The notes beneath the pieces are model-generated. The model did no database searches, was not told the DNA's origin, and saw only the letters and a program-made list of their open reading frames with translations. Made by a program: the position numbers and the translations under genes. A stretch of 64,000 nt of DNA from Pseudobdellovibrionaceae bacterium (GTDB taxonomy: Bacteria; Bdellovibrionota; Bdellovibrionia; Bdellovibrionales; Bdellovibrionaceae): NCBI GenBank assembly GCA_016785955.1, contig JAEUWH010000086.1:13561-77560 (forward strand), written 5' to 3'. Positions 36,832-46,455 of the stretch are shown here, piece after piece. The number at the start of each line of letters is the position of its first letter. Position 1 is the stretch's first letter.

Positions 36832-37602
36832 ATGCAGCACCACTACGGAAAAAACGTTCATTTTTTCGACAAGCCTTATTTACTCGGCATTCTTGCTCGC
36901 CTCTGCCAACCCTCGATATTTCAACCCGATATTAATCGCTACGTTGAGTATCTCTATGGGCAGCTTCTAGGGGAAGTCGTTCAAACTTTTTTCCCCTACG
37001 AATGGATCGAAGTAGAAACACGTATGCACCAAGATCACCCCGAGATTTTATTAAAGACTCAGCAGATTGCTAAAACTGCAAAAGCGGTATGTATCAACTT
37101 GGCTCGAGCAGGAACCTACCCATCACATATTTGTTACGAAAAATTGCATTTTTTCTTGAAGCCTGAAAATATTCGCCAAGATCACATTTTTGCCGCGCGT
37201 GCAATCAACTCTGACAATCAGGTCACAAAGACAGAACTCGACGGTTTCAAAATTGGTGGTGGGATTGACAACAGTTTTGTTTTGATTCCCGACCCTATGG
37301 GCGCAACCGGCAATACAATTTTGTCCACAATCAATCATTATAAACAAAATGTGCCTGGCAAACCTGTTAGATTTATTGCAATGCATTTAATCGTTACACC
37401 CGAGTACTTAAAGCGCGTTTCAGAAGTCCACCCCGACTTAGAAATTGTAGCCATCCGTTTGGACCGAGGTCTTTCCAGCGCCAAAGCCTTATCGGCAGAG
37501 CCGGGACGATATTGGAATGAAGAAAAAGGCCTGAACACCAAAGACTATATCGTTCCTGGCGGGGGTGGCTTTGGTGAGGTCATGAATAATTCGTTCGTTT
37601 AA
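36832..37602 (+). CDS. Uracil phosphoribosyltransferase family protein (long form)
   Basis: PRPP loop LIPDPMGATGNT and C-terminal YIVPGGGGFGE, resembling the Upp GLNxxGYIVPGLGDAGD. Confidence 0.7.
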   Translation: MQHHYGKNVHFFDKPYLLGILARLCQPSIFQPDINRYVEYLYGQLLGEVVQTFFPYEWIEVETRMHQDHPEILLKTQQIAKTAKAVCINLARAGTYPSHICYEKLHFFLKPENIRQDHIFAARAINSDNQVTKTELDGFKIGGGIDNSFVLIPDPMGATGNTILSTINHYKQNVPGKPVRFIAMHLIVTPEYLKRVSEVHPDLEIVAIRLDRGLSSAKALSAEPGRYWNEEKGLNTKDYIVPGGGGFGEVMNNSFV

Positions 37603-37686
37603 TGAACGCTCGATTTTATGATTGAAATTTAGGGGTAAATTTAACTAGAATGTCACAAATTAACGTCCACGCAAAGGGATCGAACT

Positions 37687-38211
37687 ATGGATTTACAAAT
37701 CAAACCATTTATATCTGCTGAAAAAATTCAACAACGTGTTCAAGAATTGGGAAAAGAACTCACAAAAAAATTTCAAAACAAAGATGTTGTTGCCGTTTGT
37801 GTACTCAAGGGTTCCTTTATGTTTTATTCAGACTTAATACGTAATATTGACACAGATCTGGCCTGCGAGTTTTATGGTGTGTCCAGCTATCACGGCACAT
37901 CATCTTCGGGCGAAATCAAAGTCACCTTAGATTTGAATAAACCTGTTGAAAATCGGCATGTACTTTTAGTTGAAGATATTGTCGATACAGGTTTAACAAT
38001 GAATTATTTAAAAAACTCGATTCTATCCCGTAAGCCTGCCAGCTTAACTACGGTGACATTATTAGAAAAGCCAGAAGCACTCAAAGTCCCCTGTCAGTTG
38101 GATCACGTCGGTTTTAAAATTAGCAATGAATTTGTCGTTGGTTACGGCCTAGATTATGAAGGACAGTATCGAAATCTTCCTTTCATCGGCCAAGTTCAGA
38201 ATTTCCAATAA
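37687..38211 (+). CDS. hpt: Hypoxanthine phosphoribosyltransferase
   Basis: VLLVEDIVDTGLTM, VVGYGLDYEGQYRNLPFIG and a length of 174 aa. Confidence 0.92.
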   Translation: MDLQIKPFISAEKIQQRVQELGKELTKKFQNKDVVAVCVLKGSFMFYSDLIRNIDTDLACEFYGVSSYHGTSSSGEIKVTLDLNKPVENRHVLLVEDIVDTGLTMNYLKNSILSRKPASLTTVTLLEKPEALKVPCQLDHVGFKISNEFVVGYGLDYEGQYRNLPFIGQVQNFQ

Positions 38212-38223
38212 ATAGAAACACCA

Positions 38224-38244
38224 GGCGTAGAACACCGCTACGCC
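38224..38244. terminator. Hairpin between convergent hpt and small ORF 38261..38416
   Basis: GGCGTAG-aacaccg-CTACGCC, a 7-bp stem. The U-tracts are weak on both strands. Confidence 0.35.
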
Positions 38245-38260
38245 TACAATTTAAGCATGT

Positions 38261-38416
38261 TTAGTACGGAGGTCCGTACATTAACGCGATTACGATCGTT
38301 ATAAACAATGGTATTGCGGCATAAACAACAAATGGCATCATTTCGCCTGCAATTTCTGATTCGTTTTTACCTTTTTTTTCTACTTCGTGACTGTGATTAT
38401 TTTGAGCATGTACCAT
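38261..38416 (-). CDS. Unlisted 51-aa small membrane protein
   Basis: Below the ORF-track size cut-off. AAGGAG lies 6 nt upstream of the ATG. Translation: MVHAQNNHSHEVEKKGKNESEIAGEMMPFVVYAAIPLFITIVIALMYGPPY, a polar N-terminus followed by one TM. Confidence 0.55.
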   Translation of the reverse strand: MVHAQNNHSHEVEKKGKNESEIAGEMMPFVVYAAIPLFITIVIALMYGPPY

Positions 38417-38557
38417 CTGCGTCTCCTTAAGCTTTCTTAAATAAACTAAATTTTAAACGCCCTAAAGACAACTGGAATTTACATCGCTTTTCATCAATTT
38501 CAAAAAGATTTTGAAACTCGCAAACTCAGTCTATATGGTAGTTTCGGGAGGCTGGAA

Positions 38558-39352
38558 ATGCATCAATACCTAGACCTTTTAAAACACGTCCTAGATCATG
38601 GTGAAAAAAAATCTGATCGAACCGGCACTGGAACATTAAGTTCTTTCGGCTATCAAATGCGATTCAATTTGAAAAACGGCTTTCCATTGGTCACGACAAA
38701 AAAATTACACACACGATCTATTTTTCACGAGCTTTTGTGGTTCGTAAAAGGCGATACAAACATCAAGTATCTTCGCGACAACAAAGTCAGCATATGGGAC
38801 GAATGGGCTGATGAGAACGGCGACTTGGGCCCGGTGTATGGAAAACAGTGGCGTGCCTGGGAAACCGCAGATGGACGCAAAATTGATCAACTTCTTCAGG
38901 TCATTGAATCGATTAAAAAAGATCCCCATTCTCGACGTCATTTGGTTGTCGCTTTCAATCCCGGCGAGGTCAGCAAAATGGCATTACCCCCCTGCCACGC
39001 ATTCTTTCAATTTTATGTCGGCAATGGATCGCTCTCTTGTCAGTTGTATCAGCGCAGTGCCGATGTTTTTTTAGGGGTTCCATTTAATATTGCCAGCTAT
39101 GCACTGCTCACTCATATGGTGGCCCAGGTCTGCGGCCTAGGTGTTGGTGAGTTTGTTCATACATTAGGTGATGCTCACTTGTATTTAAATCATGTCGAGC
39201 AGGCAAAGCTTCAATTGACCCGCACACCCATGCCTTTACCAAAATTGGTTTTAAATCCAGATGTAAAAAATATCGATGATTTTAAATTTGAGGATATCCA
39301 AGTTTTAGAATACCAGTCACATCCAACTATCAAAGCTGATATTAGTGTATGA
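38558..39352 (+). CDS. thyA: Thymidylate synthase (ThyA type)
   Basis: [42 protein letters not shown] and a length of 264 aa. Confidence 0.95.
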   Translation: MHQYLDLLKHVLDHGEKKSDRTGTGTLSSFGYQMRFNLKNGFPLVTTKKLHTRSIFHELLWFVKGDTNIKYLRDNKVSIWDEWADENGDLGPVYGKQWRAWETADGRKIDQLLQVIESIKKDPHSRRHLVVAFNPGEVSKMALPPCHAFFQFYVGNGSLSCQLYQRSADVFLGVPFNIASYALLTHMVAQVCGLGVGEFVHTLGDAHLYLNHVEQAKLQLTRTPMPLPKLVLNPDVKNIDDFKFEDIQVLEYQSHPTIKADISV

Positions 39353-39846
39353 TTTTATCACTCGTGGCCGCGATGGCAAAAAATCGCACGATTGGCAAAG
39401 ACAATACTCTGATTTGGCATTTGCCCGAAGATTTAGAGTTTTTCAAAACAACGACAAAAAATAAGATCATGGTCATGGGAAGAAAAACGTTCGACTCACT
39501 TCCCAAAGTTCTACCCGGCCGATTTCATATCGTGATTTCCCGAACACTGAGTCCCTCGACCCACGAACGTGTTCATTTTGTGACATCGGTCGACCAAGCC
39601 ATTGCTAAATCATCTGAATTGATTGCCCAAGGCTGGGACAAAGAAGTGTGCATTATCGGGGGAGCGGAAATCTATAAACTTTTTATTCCTTTGGCGAATC
39701 GTATTTATCTGACTGAACTAAATAGAAATTTCGATGGTGATACATTTTTCCCCGAATTCGACAAATCACAATTCAGAGATGAACTCTTAAAACACTCATC
39801 AGAAGGTGATATTGATATGGATTTCAAGCTCTACAGCCGAAAATAA
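39349..39846 (+). CDS. folA: Dihydrofolate reductase
   Basis: ATGA overlap with thy[35 protein letters not shown] and IGGAEIY. Confidence 0.92.
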   Translation: MILSLVAAMAKNRTIGKDNTLIWHLPEDLEFFKTTTKNKIMVMGRKTFDSLPKVLPGRFHIVISRTLSPSTHERVHFVTSVDQAIAKSSELIAQGWDKEVCIIGGAEIYKLFIPLANRIYLTELNRNFDGDTFFPEFDKSQFRDELLKHSSEGDIDMDFKLYSRK

Positions 39847-39879
39847 GCGAAACGGCCACTCCTTGAGTGGACCTAGATA

Positions 39880-39893
39880 GGTTGGTAATGACA
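39880..39893 (+). repeat. Copy of the GGTTGGTAATGACA motif, in the loop of an imperfect long hairpin
   Basis: Read directly. The flanking arms GGACCTAGATA (39869-79) and TATCTATGGTTCC (39911-23) can pair with two 1-nt bulges. Confidence 0.8.
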
Positions 39894-39959
39894 TTGGCAA
39901 GACAGCTGAGTATCTATGGTTCCGGACACACCCTTAGAACCACTCAGTCGATGCCGTTC

Positions 39960-41276
39960 CTAATTTTTATTACTCTCTTTTGAGCTTTCTAACAAATCGT
40001 ACAGTTCTTTTCTGATTTCCGTGTGGGCGTCGGTGCCCTTTAAAATAAGCGTCTCGGCCAAGGTATATTTACCCGTTTCAATTGCCAACAACACTGTTTT
40101 TTTAGTAACGTCCGCAGTTGTTTTACCTTCGGCAATAATTTTTCGACCCATTTCCAAAGCTGCTTCCGGGGAAAACACGTGATAGCCGATCTTAAAGTTC
40201 AACTGTATATAACGAATCGAACCAACATCGTCTGCACGAGCCTGTTTAAAAAATTTTTCGGACGAAGCTACGTCTTTGAACTTCAAAAGTTCTTCGATGA
40301 TTTTTTCTAAAAACTCCATATTTCGACCTGATACGTTCACTGTTAAATCGAAATACTTAATGGCCTCTTCTTTGTTCTTTTTTCTGATATAGAAACGCCC
40401 AGCCGTCATCAAAGCAATTGAAATCAAGTTCACCAATTCAGCCGGTCGGTAATCAAGGTTTGTGTACAATTCATAAAGCGGTGACAAATCCTGAAAATTC
40501 TCTGTATATACCGCCGCAATAAAAAATTTTCCTAAGCGTGCAGATGTCACGGGATAATTAGCGCGAATGAGCCCAACCAACTGGTATGCTTCTTTATATA
40601 ATTTTTCATGCATCAAACAGTCAAACTCACCGGTTAAACACCTATAGTGAAGACTGTTATGTTTTCGCCCCTCCGAGAATTCTTTTCGAGCCCTAGCGAT
40701 ATCATTTAAACCGAGGTACGTTTCCCCCAAATAGTGACAAGCCAAAGTTGGCTTTGGATTTAAATCTTTAGCAGCCGAAAATAGGGAAATCGCATCCTCA
40801 AATTCCTTAGCTTTTAGTTTCTGTTTACCTATTCTAATTTTTTGAAAATACTCGCTAGGATACATCTTTCGTTTAACAACTTCCAAAATTCTTTTTTGAA
40901 AATCTGCACCCGAAAACGGTTTGACAATATAAGCGTCTAGCTGCTCTTCCGCGGCTTCGGCGACTGCATTATCAGAAGCCTCTTTAGTTACCATAATGGA
41001 AATCCGCGCTAAAGAGTCAAACATTTCATCATGAATCTCAACTAACGATAAACCAAAATTTTTACCAATTAAATATTCCGTAATTAAAATTTTTGGTTTC
41101 TCGGCTTTCAAAATTTCTACGGCATCTTTAAACGTATTCGCCATTAAAATACGCTTAGAGTCCATACCAAAACCAACCAAGCAGCTTTGAATCACTGAAA
41201 AAAACGCGCTTGAGGGCTCGACCACAAGCGCCCCCTGGCTATTTAAAAAATCGGCGACGTCTTGCTCCACGCTCAT
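39960..41276 (-). CDS. Receiver-like (pseudo-receiver, Asp to Glu) plus TPR repeat protein
   Basis: A CheY-like fold with conserved T (MVTKE) and K (IVKPF). The acidic pocket reads VVEPSS and the phospho-acceptor position reads ILITEYL. The C-terminal ~300 aa is TPR-like. Confidence 0.65.
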   Translation of the reverse strand: MSVEQDVADFLNSQGALVVEPSSAFFSVIQSCLVGFGMDSKRILMANTFKDAVEILKAEKPKILITEYLIGKNFGLSLVEIHDEMFDSLARISIMVTKEASDNAVAEAAEEQLDAYIVKPFSGADFQKRILEVVKRKMYPSEYFQKIRIGKQKLKAKEFEDAISLFSAAKDLNPKPTLACHYLGETYLGLNDIARARKEFSEGRKHNSLHYRCLTGEFDCLMHEKLYKEAYQLVGLIRANYPVTSARLGKFFIAAVYTENFQDLSPLYELYTNLDYRPAELVNLISIALMTAGRFYIRKKNKEEAIKYFDLTVNVSGRNMEFLEKIIEELLKFKDVASSEKFFKQARADDVGSIRYIQLNFKIGYHVFSPEAALEMGRKIIAEGKTTADVTKKTVLLAIETGKYTLAETLILKGTDAHTEIRKELYDLLESSKESNKN

Positions 41277-41662
41277 TATTCGTCACCTTTTAATGATTCT
41301 AATATGTGATCCACTCGTTTTTGTTTTGTTTCTAATTGTGAAATAAAATAGTCCCAATCTTTCTTGCTATATTGATTCATTTTAATCGTAATCTGTTGCT
41401 GAGCTGGTTCGCCCACTGATTTAAGACCAATTATTTTTCCCACGATTGTAAAGTCTATTGATGATTCCGCCCCAGTTTTTAAAGCCCCCTTCATCAAGAC
41501 CAGCTGATCCATTGAACCCGAAAAAGAAGGCGCTTGGAATGTGATAACATTTTGTTCGCATAGGACTACCTCCACCTGATTTTCTGAATTCATTAAATTT
41601 AAATCCGAAGTCAAATTCTTTAGTTCAAATACCTCAAAAGTATTGTGCTCATGCAACACCAA
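41276..41662 (-). CDS. Hypothetical protein (start uncertain; only TTG/GTG candidates at the 5' end)
   Basis: The ORF is joined to the downstream gene by a 1-nt overlap. No motif recognised. Confidence 0.45.
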   Translation of the reverse strand: MVLHEHNTFEVFELKNLTSDLNLMNSENQVEVVLCEQNVITFQAPSFSGSMDQLVLMKGALKTGAESSIDFTIVGKIIGLKSVGEPAQQQITIKMNQYSKKDWDYFISQLETKQKRVDHILESLKGDE

Positions 41663-41926
41663 GATAATCCCCCATATCTTCCTAACGGAATACTTGTATG
41701 AATTTTAAAATGTATTGTGACAACGTTAGATCCAGATTTTTAACTATATAAAATTAATACAAAAAAACAAAAATTCTCGTTTTAAGACGGTCTAAATTCA
41801 GTAATCATCTCAAGATTACACAGGGAAAGAATCTTATCAATGATAAAATCTGGACTCACCAATTATTCAGAATATCTAAATTAAAATATGTATTTGTACG
41901 ATATGATAATAGAACCAAGGGGACGC

Positions 41927-42229
41927 ATGCAAGAAGTCGCAAGAAGATTCACTACAAACGAGTCCGCAACCATCGAAGTTTTTGGCCGCATGGAAACCAT
42001 GCATGGAACAATGAAAAATCTGTCGGTGTCCGGCTGTTTTCTAGAGCTAACCAAGGGCGAATATATTCCTCAAGAGGGTGACTGCATCCGCGTTATCCTG
42101 CCACTGAAATCCATTAAAAAAACTCGTAACCTTTTTGGTCAAGTAGTATGGAAAAAGGGAGTAGGCTTTGGCATTACTTTTATTAAAAAAGAAGATATTT
42201 CCAAAAAAATGTTAGAACGTTTTCAGTAA
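41927..42229 (+). CDS. PilZ domain protein (putative c-di-GMP receptor)
   Basis: RRFTTNES (RRxxxR-like) and NLSVSGCFL (D/NxSxxG). I prefer the ATG at 41927, with AAGGGG 5 nt upstream, over the ATG at 41888. Confidence 0.7.
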   Translation: MQEVARRFTTNESATIEVFGRMETMHGTMKNLSVSGCFLELTKGEYIPQEGDCIRVILPLKSIKKTRNLFGQVVWKKGVGFGITFIKKEDISKKMLERFQ

Positions 42230-42369
42230 AGACATAAAACGGCACTTTCCTTTAAAAAGAACATCAAAATCAATTCAGTCGCAAAAAACTGTCATTTTTT
42301 TTTACGATTATTTTTTCTAAAAATTTATGTTCATTTTGAGATTCTGTGATAGAATATAAGACGCAGTTT

Positions 42370-42813
42370 ATGATGAAACACATGTATTTGATATTCCTAC
42401 TGCCACTTATTTCTTTTGCCGCAAATACTCGCGACACCTACCGCACGTGCTTTAATGCCTCCAACAAGCTCGAATCACCAGCTGACCGCGATGCGGAAAA
42501 GATTCATTGCTTCAATAGCCTTCCACGCAGGCCAATGAATCTTTGTCTAAATCTAGCTGGTGTACTCGAGCACACTAGCACTTCGGACGCTCTGATTTTA
42601 GATTGCATTTCAACCAATATTCTAAAGATGAAAATTGAGACCTTTCTTGAAACAACAAAAAGTCTTCACTACGCAGAAAGTAAAGACAAAGCTATTTGGA
42701 CTTATCTTGAACATCATGCTGTCCAAAGTTCTCAGTGTAAACGCATTACGGATAAAATGGTTTACCCCCATAACCGTAATGTGGCGTTAAATTACTGTTT
42801 ACTAAGAAATTAA
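42370..42813 (+). CDS. Secreted Cys-containing protein, function unknown
   Basis: The ATG at 42370 gives the signal peptide MMKHMYLIFLLPLISFAA. The ORF-track start is a GTG. Confidence 0.5.
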   Translation: MMKHMYLIFLLPLISFAANTRDTYRTCFNASNKLESPADRDAEKIHCFNSLPRRPMNLCLNLAGVLEHTSTSDALILDCISTNILKMKIETFLETTKSLHYAESKDKAIWTYLEHHAVQSSQCKRITDKMVYPHNRNVALNYCLLRN

Positions 42814-44010
42814 TTAGCGATCATTACTGGCAATGCGGCGTTTTAATCGCGCCATATCTGAAAGAGCATTCAAATAGGACTTTTCGGGAATTAATAACCA
42901 TGTCCCATTTGGTACCGAATCTGATTTGACAATCAACTTTCTATTTAGATGTGGATTATATATTTGCAGTTTTAGCAAATCATGATCGAACCATTTCGAA
43001 AGCATCTCAAATGGCAAAGAATGGCGCATCTTTAAAGGCTCCCCAGGAATACGTTTGGACCATTTGATATTTTTGAAATATTTCGAGGCATTGCTTTCAA
43101 CTTCAAGAATAGCTAAAAAGCTGGCATAGAAGTTACGAGAAGCAAATCCAAAGCTTCTTCGCGAGCTAACATTATCGATCAATTCACTCAAATCACGTGT
43201 TTTGTATTTTTTGGTCATCTTCATCACACCTGTCGGCCCATGATTGTATCCCGTTACCGCTAAAGGCCAACTTTCTAGCATACCAAAATTGCTTTTTAAA
43301 ATTTTTGCTGCCAATTTAGTGGCCTCAATAGGATGGTTTCTTTTGTCTACCAATGAACTAATCATGCGGTGTGGACGCGCATTGGATGGCATAATCTGCC
43401 ACAGTCCACTGGCCCCCACTTTCGATCTTGCAAGGACATTAAATGAACTCTCTACGAATACCAAACGAACCAATTGGATAGGCAATTGGTTCTGCCGGAA
43501 AATATCTTCAAAATCTTCAATATAGCGACCAGACAGAAATATCGCCGTCTCGATGCGATCTTTCTGTCCAAGCTGAAATCGCAGATCTTCCATTCTCAGA
43601 TTTTTCTTTTCCAACAGAATAATTTTTTTAAGGTTATCAACTCTAGATTGTTTTTCTTTTTCAATTTGTCGTCTGGTCAAATTTGGGTTTGAAATGATGT
43701 CGCCAAAATCAACCTCTTTGTACACTTCACCTATATTTTCAGCATTATGGATAATACCTTGATCCGTTGTATACTTTGTATAGATATTCTTCCAAAACTC
43801 TACGCGCTCTTCCATTCCCTTGGGAACTTTGAAAGCGTTCTTATCAAATCCAACAAATGCTCCCTGACCATCAAAATCGGGACTTCGCCATTCACGGCTG
43901 CCAAATGGATTTGTAGCTCCTAAAATTTCGTCATGAGTCACGGGAGTGTCTTCTGTAGATAAAGCCAATCCAGAAATGAGAATGCAAATCGAAAAAAGAA
44001 TGTATTTCAT
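42814..44010 (-). CDS. Lytic murein transglycosylase (SLT domain, MltD-like)
   Basis: Signal peptide. VFVESSFNVLARSKVGASGLWQIMP carries the catalytic Glu context. AYNHGP-like GYNHGPTG. Confidence 0.85.
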   Translation of the reverse strand: MKYILFSICILISGLALSTEDTPVTHDEILGATNPFGSREWRSPDFDGQGAFVGFDKNAFKVPKGMEERVEFWKNIYTKYTTDQGIIHNAENIGEVYKEVDFGDIISNPNLTRRQIEKEKQSRVDNLKKIILLEKKNLRMEDLRFQLGQKDRIETAIFLSGRYIEDFEDIFRQNQLPIQLVRLVFVESSFNVLARSKVGASGLWQIMPSNARPHRMISSLVDKRNHPIEATKLAAKILKSNFGMLESWPLAVTGYNHGPTGVMKMTKKYKTRDLSELIDNVSSRRSFGFASRNFYASFLAILEVESNASKYFKNIKWSKRIPGEPLKMRHSLPFEMLSKWFDHDLLKLQIYNPHLNRKLIVKSDSVPNGTWLLIPEKSYLNALSDMARLKRRIASNDR

Positions 44011-44014
44011 TCTT

Positions 44015-45415
44015 CTATTCTATCAAGGTATTCAAAATTTTATCAAAAAAGTTTCTAATTCTGGTCTCGTCCGTACTGCCATTAAAGATAAAAGTGAATT
44101 GATACACACGACCATCAGCACGTCCGGCATAACCGGCTAGACTAACGACGCCAGTTAAAAATCCTGTTTTCGCTCGCACCCAACGTTCGGCCGGTTCATT
44201 TTTCATTCGTCGTTTAAGCGTACCATCAACCCCCGAAATGGGCAGTGAGCTCAAAAACTCCGGAAAAATTTTAAAATCTTTGTGAACGACTTCTAAAAGA
44301 TGGTTCATTGCCCGTGCGCTCATTTTGTTTTCCCTAGTTAATCCTGATGGATTCACCAGATAATACTGATCCTTAGGCATTTTGATACGACTTAAATATT
44401 CGTTGATTTTCACCATCCCTCTTTTTAAATTTCCTTGTTCATCTCCCGAAATACTCAGGTTTTTTGTCAACATCTCGGCGACATAGTTGTTTGAGAACTT
44501 GTTCATGTCCGCCAAAATACTCTCGATCGGTTTACTTTCATATTCAGACACAATCTTAACAGTTTTTGGCATGGCTCCGGATTTGACGTCACCTTCAACA
44601 AAAATACCTCGTTGTTTCAAGAACAGTTTCAAATTACGACCACTCCATTCCACAGGATCTTCGACATTTTTGTACACGACTACTTCTTTACTCTTTTTTC
44701 CTATAGTGCCACTGACAATAATTCTGTTTCCTTTCCGCTCAACAAAAATATCGCTCTTCTCACCTTCAGTTTGTGTCGCTCGATTATCAACGTCAAAAAT
44801 CCCTGTATCTGGATCCAAAAATACTTTTGGTTTTTTTGAAGTTGGATCATGACGAACAAAAATATTGAGTGAATTCCAATTAAAAGACATGGCTCCTACG
44901 GGTGCATCATAAGCACGATCTACCCGATTTTCCTGCCGACTTTCATCAAATCGCACACTGTCAAAAAGTAAATCGTCCACCACAATTGATCCTTTAATCT
45001 TGTTAATCTGATTGCGATCGAATTGATTAACTAAAAACCACATATTTTCTGAAACAAAAGAAGGATCACCGCCACCTTTTATGTACAAATCTCCACTATA
45101 ACCCTCGTTGGAAATCTTGTCAGGGTCGACAGCCAAAATTGTTTTGAATTTATGACTAGGAGGAAACTGATCTAATACCGCGGCCGCAGTTGCTAACTTA
45201 GAAATGGACGCGGGAATTTTTTTGGCTGTCGAGTTTAATTCGTATATGGTCTCACTTTTCTGATTGTCTATCAAAGAAATGATCAAACTCAGATCAGATC
45301 TAGAAATTTTACTTTGTGTAACAACTTTTTCAATTTTTTTATTTTGCTCGGTGGAGGCAACAGAGTTCAATGCAGAGGCCAAGACCAAAGTCATACAAAT
45401 ATTACTTATTTTCAT
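44015..45415 (-). CDS. dacB: D-alanyl-D-alanine carboxypeptidase/endopeptidase, PBP4 family
   Basis: The ATG at 45415 has a GAGGAA RBS and a signal peptide. PASISKL (SxxK), FSNNYVAE (SxN) and RAKTGFLTG (KTG). Confidence 0.88.
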   Translation of the reverse strand: MKISNICMTLVLASALNSVASTEQNKKIEKVVTQSKISRSDLSLIISLIDNQKSETIYELNSTAKKIPASISKLATAAAVLDQFPPSHKFKTILAVDPDKISNEGYSGDLYIKGGGDPSFVSENMWFLVNQFDRNQINKIKGSIVVDDLLFDSVRFDESRQENRVDRAYDAPVGAMSFNWNSLNIFVRHDPTSKKPKVFLDPDTGIFDVDNRATQTEGEKSDIFVERKGNRIIVSGTIGKKSKEVVVYKNVEDPVEWSGRNLKLFLKQRGIFVEGDVKSGAMPKTVKIVSEYESKPIESILADMNKFSNNYVAEMLTKNLSISGDEQGNLKRGMVKINEYLSRIKMPKDQYYLVNPSGLTRENKMSARAMNHLLEVVHKDFKIFPEFLSSLPISGVDGTLKRRMKNEPAERWVRAKTGFLTGVVSLAGYAGRADGRVYQFTFIFNGSTDETRIRNFFDKILNTLIE

Positions 45416-45503
45416 TTCCTCAGTGTATCTCCGAGCCCGGACTTTAAGCAAAAAAAATTTATCTTTATTTACTGAATTTCCTTTTAAATTCATACTGATT
45501 TTT

Positions 45504-46445
45504 ATGAAGAGAATTGAATGGGTCATCGTCCTTTTACCGCTTATTATTTGTTGGGTTCTTGATCGGGTCACAAAATTGTGGGCCAATGGTCTTACTGAAG
45601 TCCAATCATATGGATACTTGAATTTTGTACTACATCACAATCATGGTGCTATGCTGGGATTGTTTTCCGAACTTCCCCAAGTTTTGCGTATTGTATCGCT
45701 TTCAACCGGTGGTGCATTTTTATTGTGTATATACGTAATCATCCAATATCTTTTGCCAATTAAATCATTGGTATTAAGGACAGGTCTTTCGATTTTAATT
45801 GGTGGAATACTTGGTAATGTTGCGGATCGAATTATCTGGGGTTACGTCGTTGACTTCATCGTCTTGGGAACCCCTTCACTTTCCAGTCCCGCGTTCAACG
45901 TCGCTGATGCTGTACAATGGGTTGGCTATGCTATGATTGTTTCCGCAATTATTAAAGAAGGTGAAATTCTATGGCCAGAAAACAATACGCGTAGAAAATA
46001 TTGGGTGAATCCGTCCTTCCAACTAAAATACTGTTTTGTACTTCTTGGCGTCGGAATTGGTTTAACAGTAATCAGTTTAGTCTTTTCTTATACATATTTG
46101 CGGGTCTCCATTTCAGAACTTGTTGGCGGCAACCAATTTCTAATTGATAAATTCATTTCGCCATTTGTAGTTACGTTCTTGGTCATTTCGGTCGGATTCT
46201 GCGGAATCCTATTTACAGTCGGAAAGATCATTTCTCATCGAATTGCCGGTCCTCTTTATGCTTTCGAACGATTTCTAGACGATACTTTGGCCGGAAGGCC
46301 ATCTCATCTAAAGCTGCGAGCGGGTGACGAATTCAAACATTTAGAAGAACTATCCGATCAAATCAAGGTACAATTGATGAACATTCAAGAAAAGACGATG
46401 CAAAAAGTCGCTTCGATGGAAGACAATAAAATTCTAAAAGATTAG
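45504..46445 (+). CDS. lspA: Lipoprotein signal peptidase II with a C-terminal 2-TM plus HAMP-like extension
   Basis: The ATG at 45504 gives MKRIEWVIVLLPLIICWVLDRVTKLWA. The LspA motifs are NHGAMLG, GNVADRIIWGYVVDFI and FNVADA. About 150 extra aa carry two TM segments and SHRIAGPLYAFERFLDDTLAGRPSHLKLRAGDEFKHLEE. Confidence 0.85.
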   Translation: MKRIEWVIVLLPLIICWVLDRVTKLWANGLTEVQSYGYLNFVLHHNHGAMLGLFSELPQVLRIVSLSTGGAFLLCIYVIIQYLLPIKSLVLRTGLSILIGGILGNVADRIIWGYVVDFIVLGTPSLSSPAFNVADAVQWVGYAMIVSAIIKEGEILWPENNTRRKYWVNPSFQLKYCFVLLGVGIGLTVISLVFSYTYLRVSISELVGGNQFLIDKFISPFVVTFLVISVGFCGILFTVGKIISHRIAGPLYAFERFLDDTLAGRPSHLKLRAGDEFKHLEELSDQIKVQLMNIQEKTMQKVASMEDNKILKD

Positions 46446-46455
46446 GGCCTGTCCT
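46443..46455. repeat. 13-mer TAGGGCCTGTCCT at a convergent stop-stop junction (copy 2)
   Basis: Read directly. It starts with the lspA TAG stop and ends on the first base of the ykgJ-like stop complement. Confidence 0.9.

Noticed and set aside
45264-45503. An 80-codon N-terminal extension of the lspA ORF in the six-frame track.
   Set aside because: It is antisense to the 5' end of dacB and has no LspA similarity. The ATG at 45504 gives the canonical LspA N-terminus.
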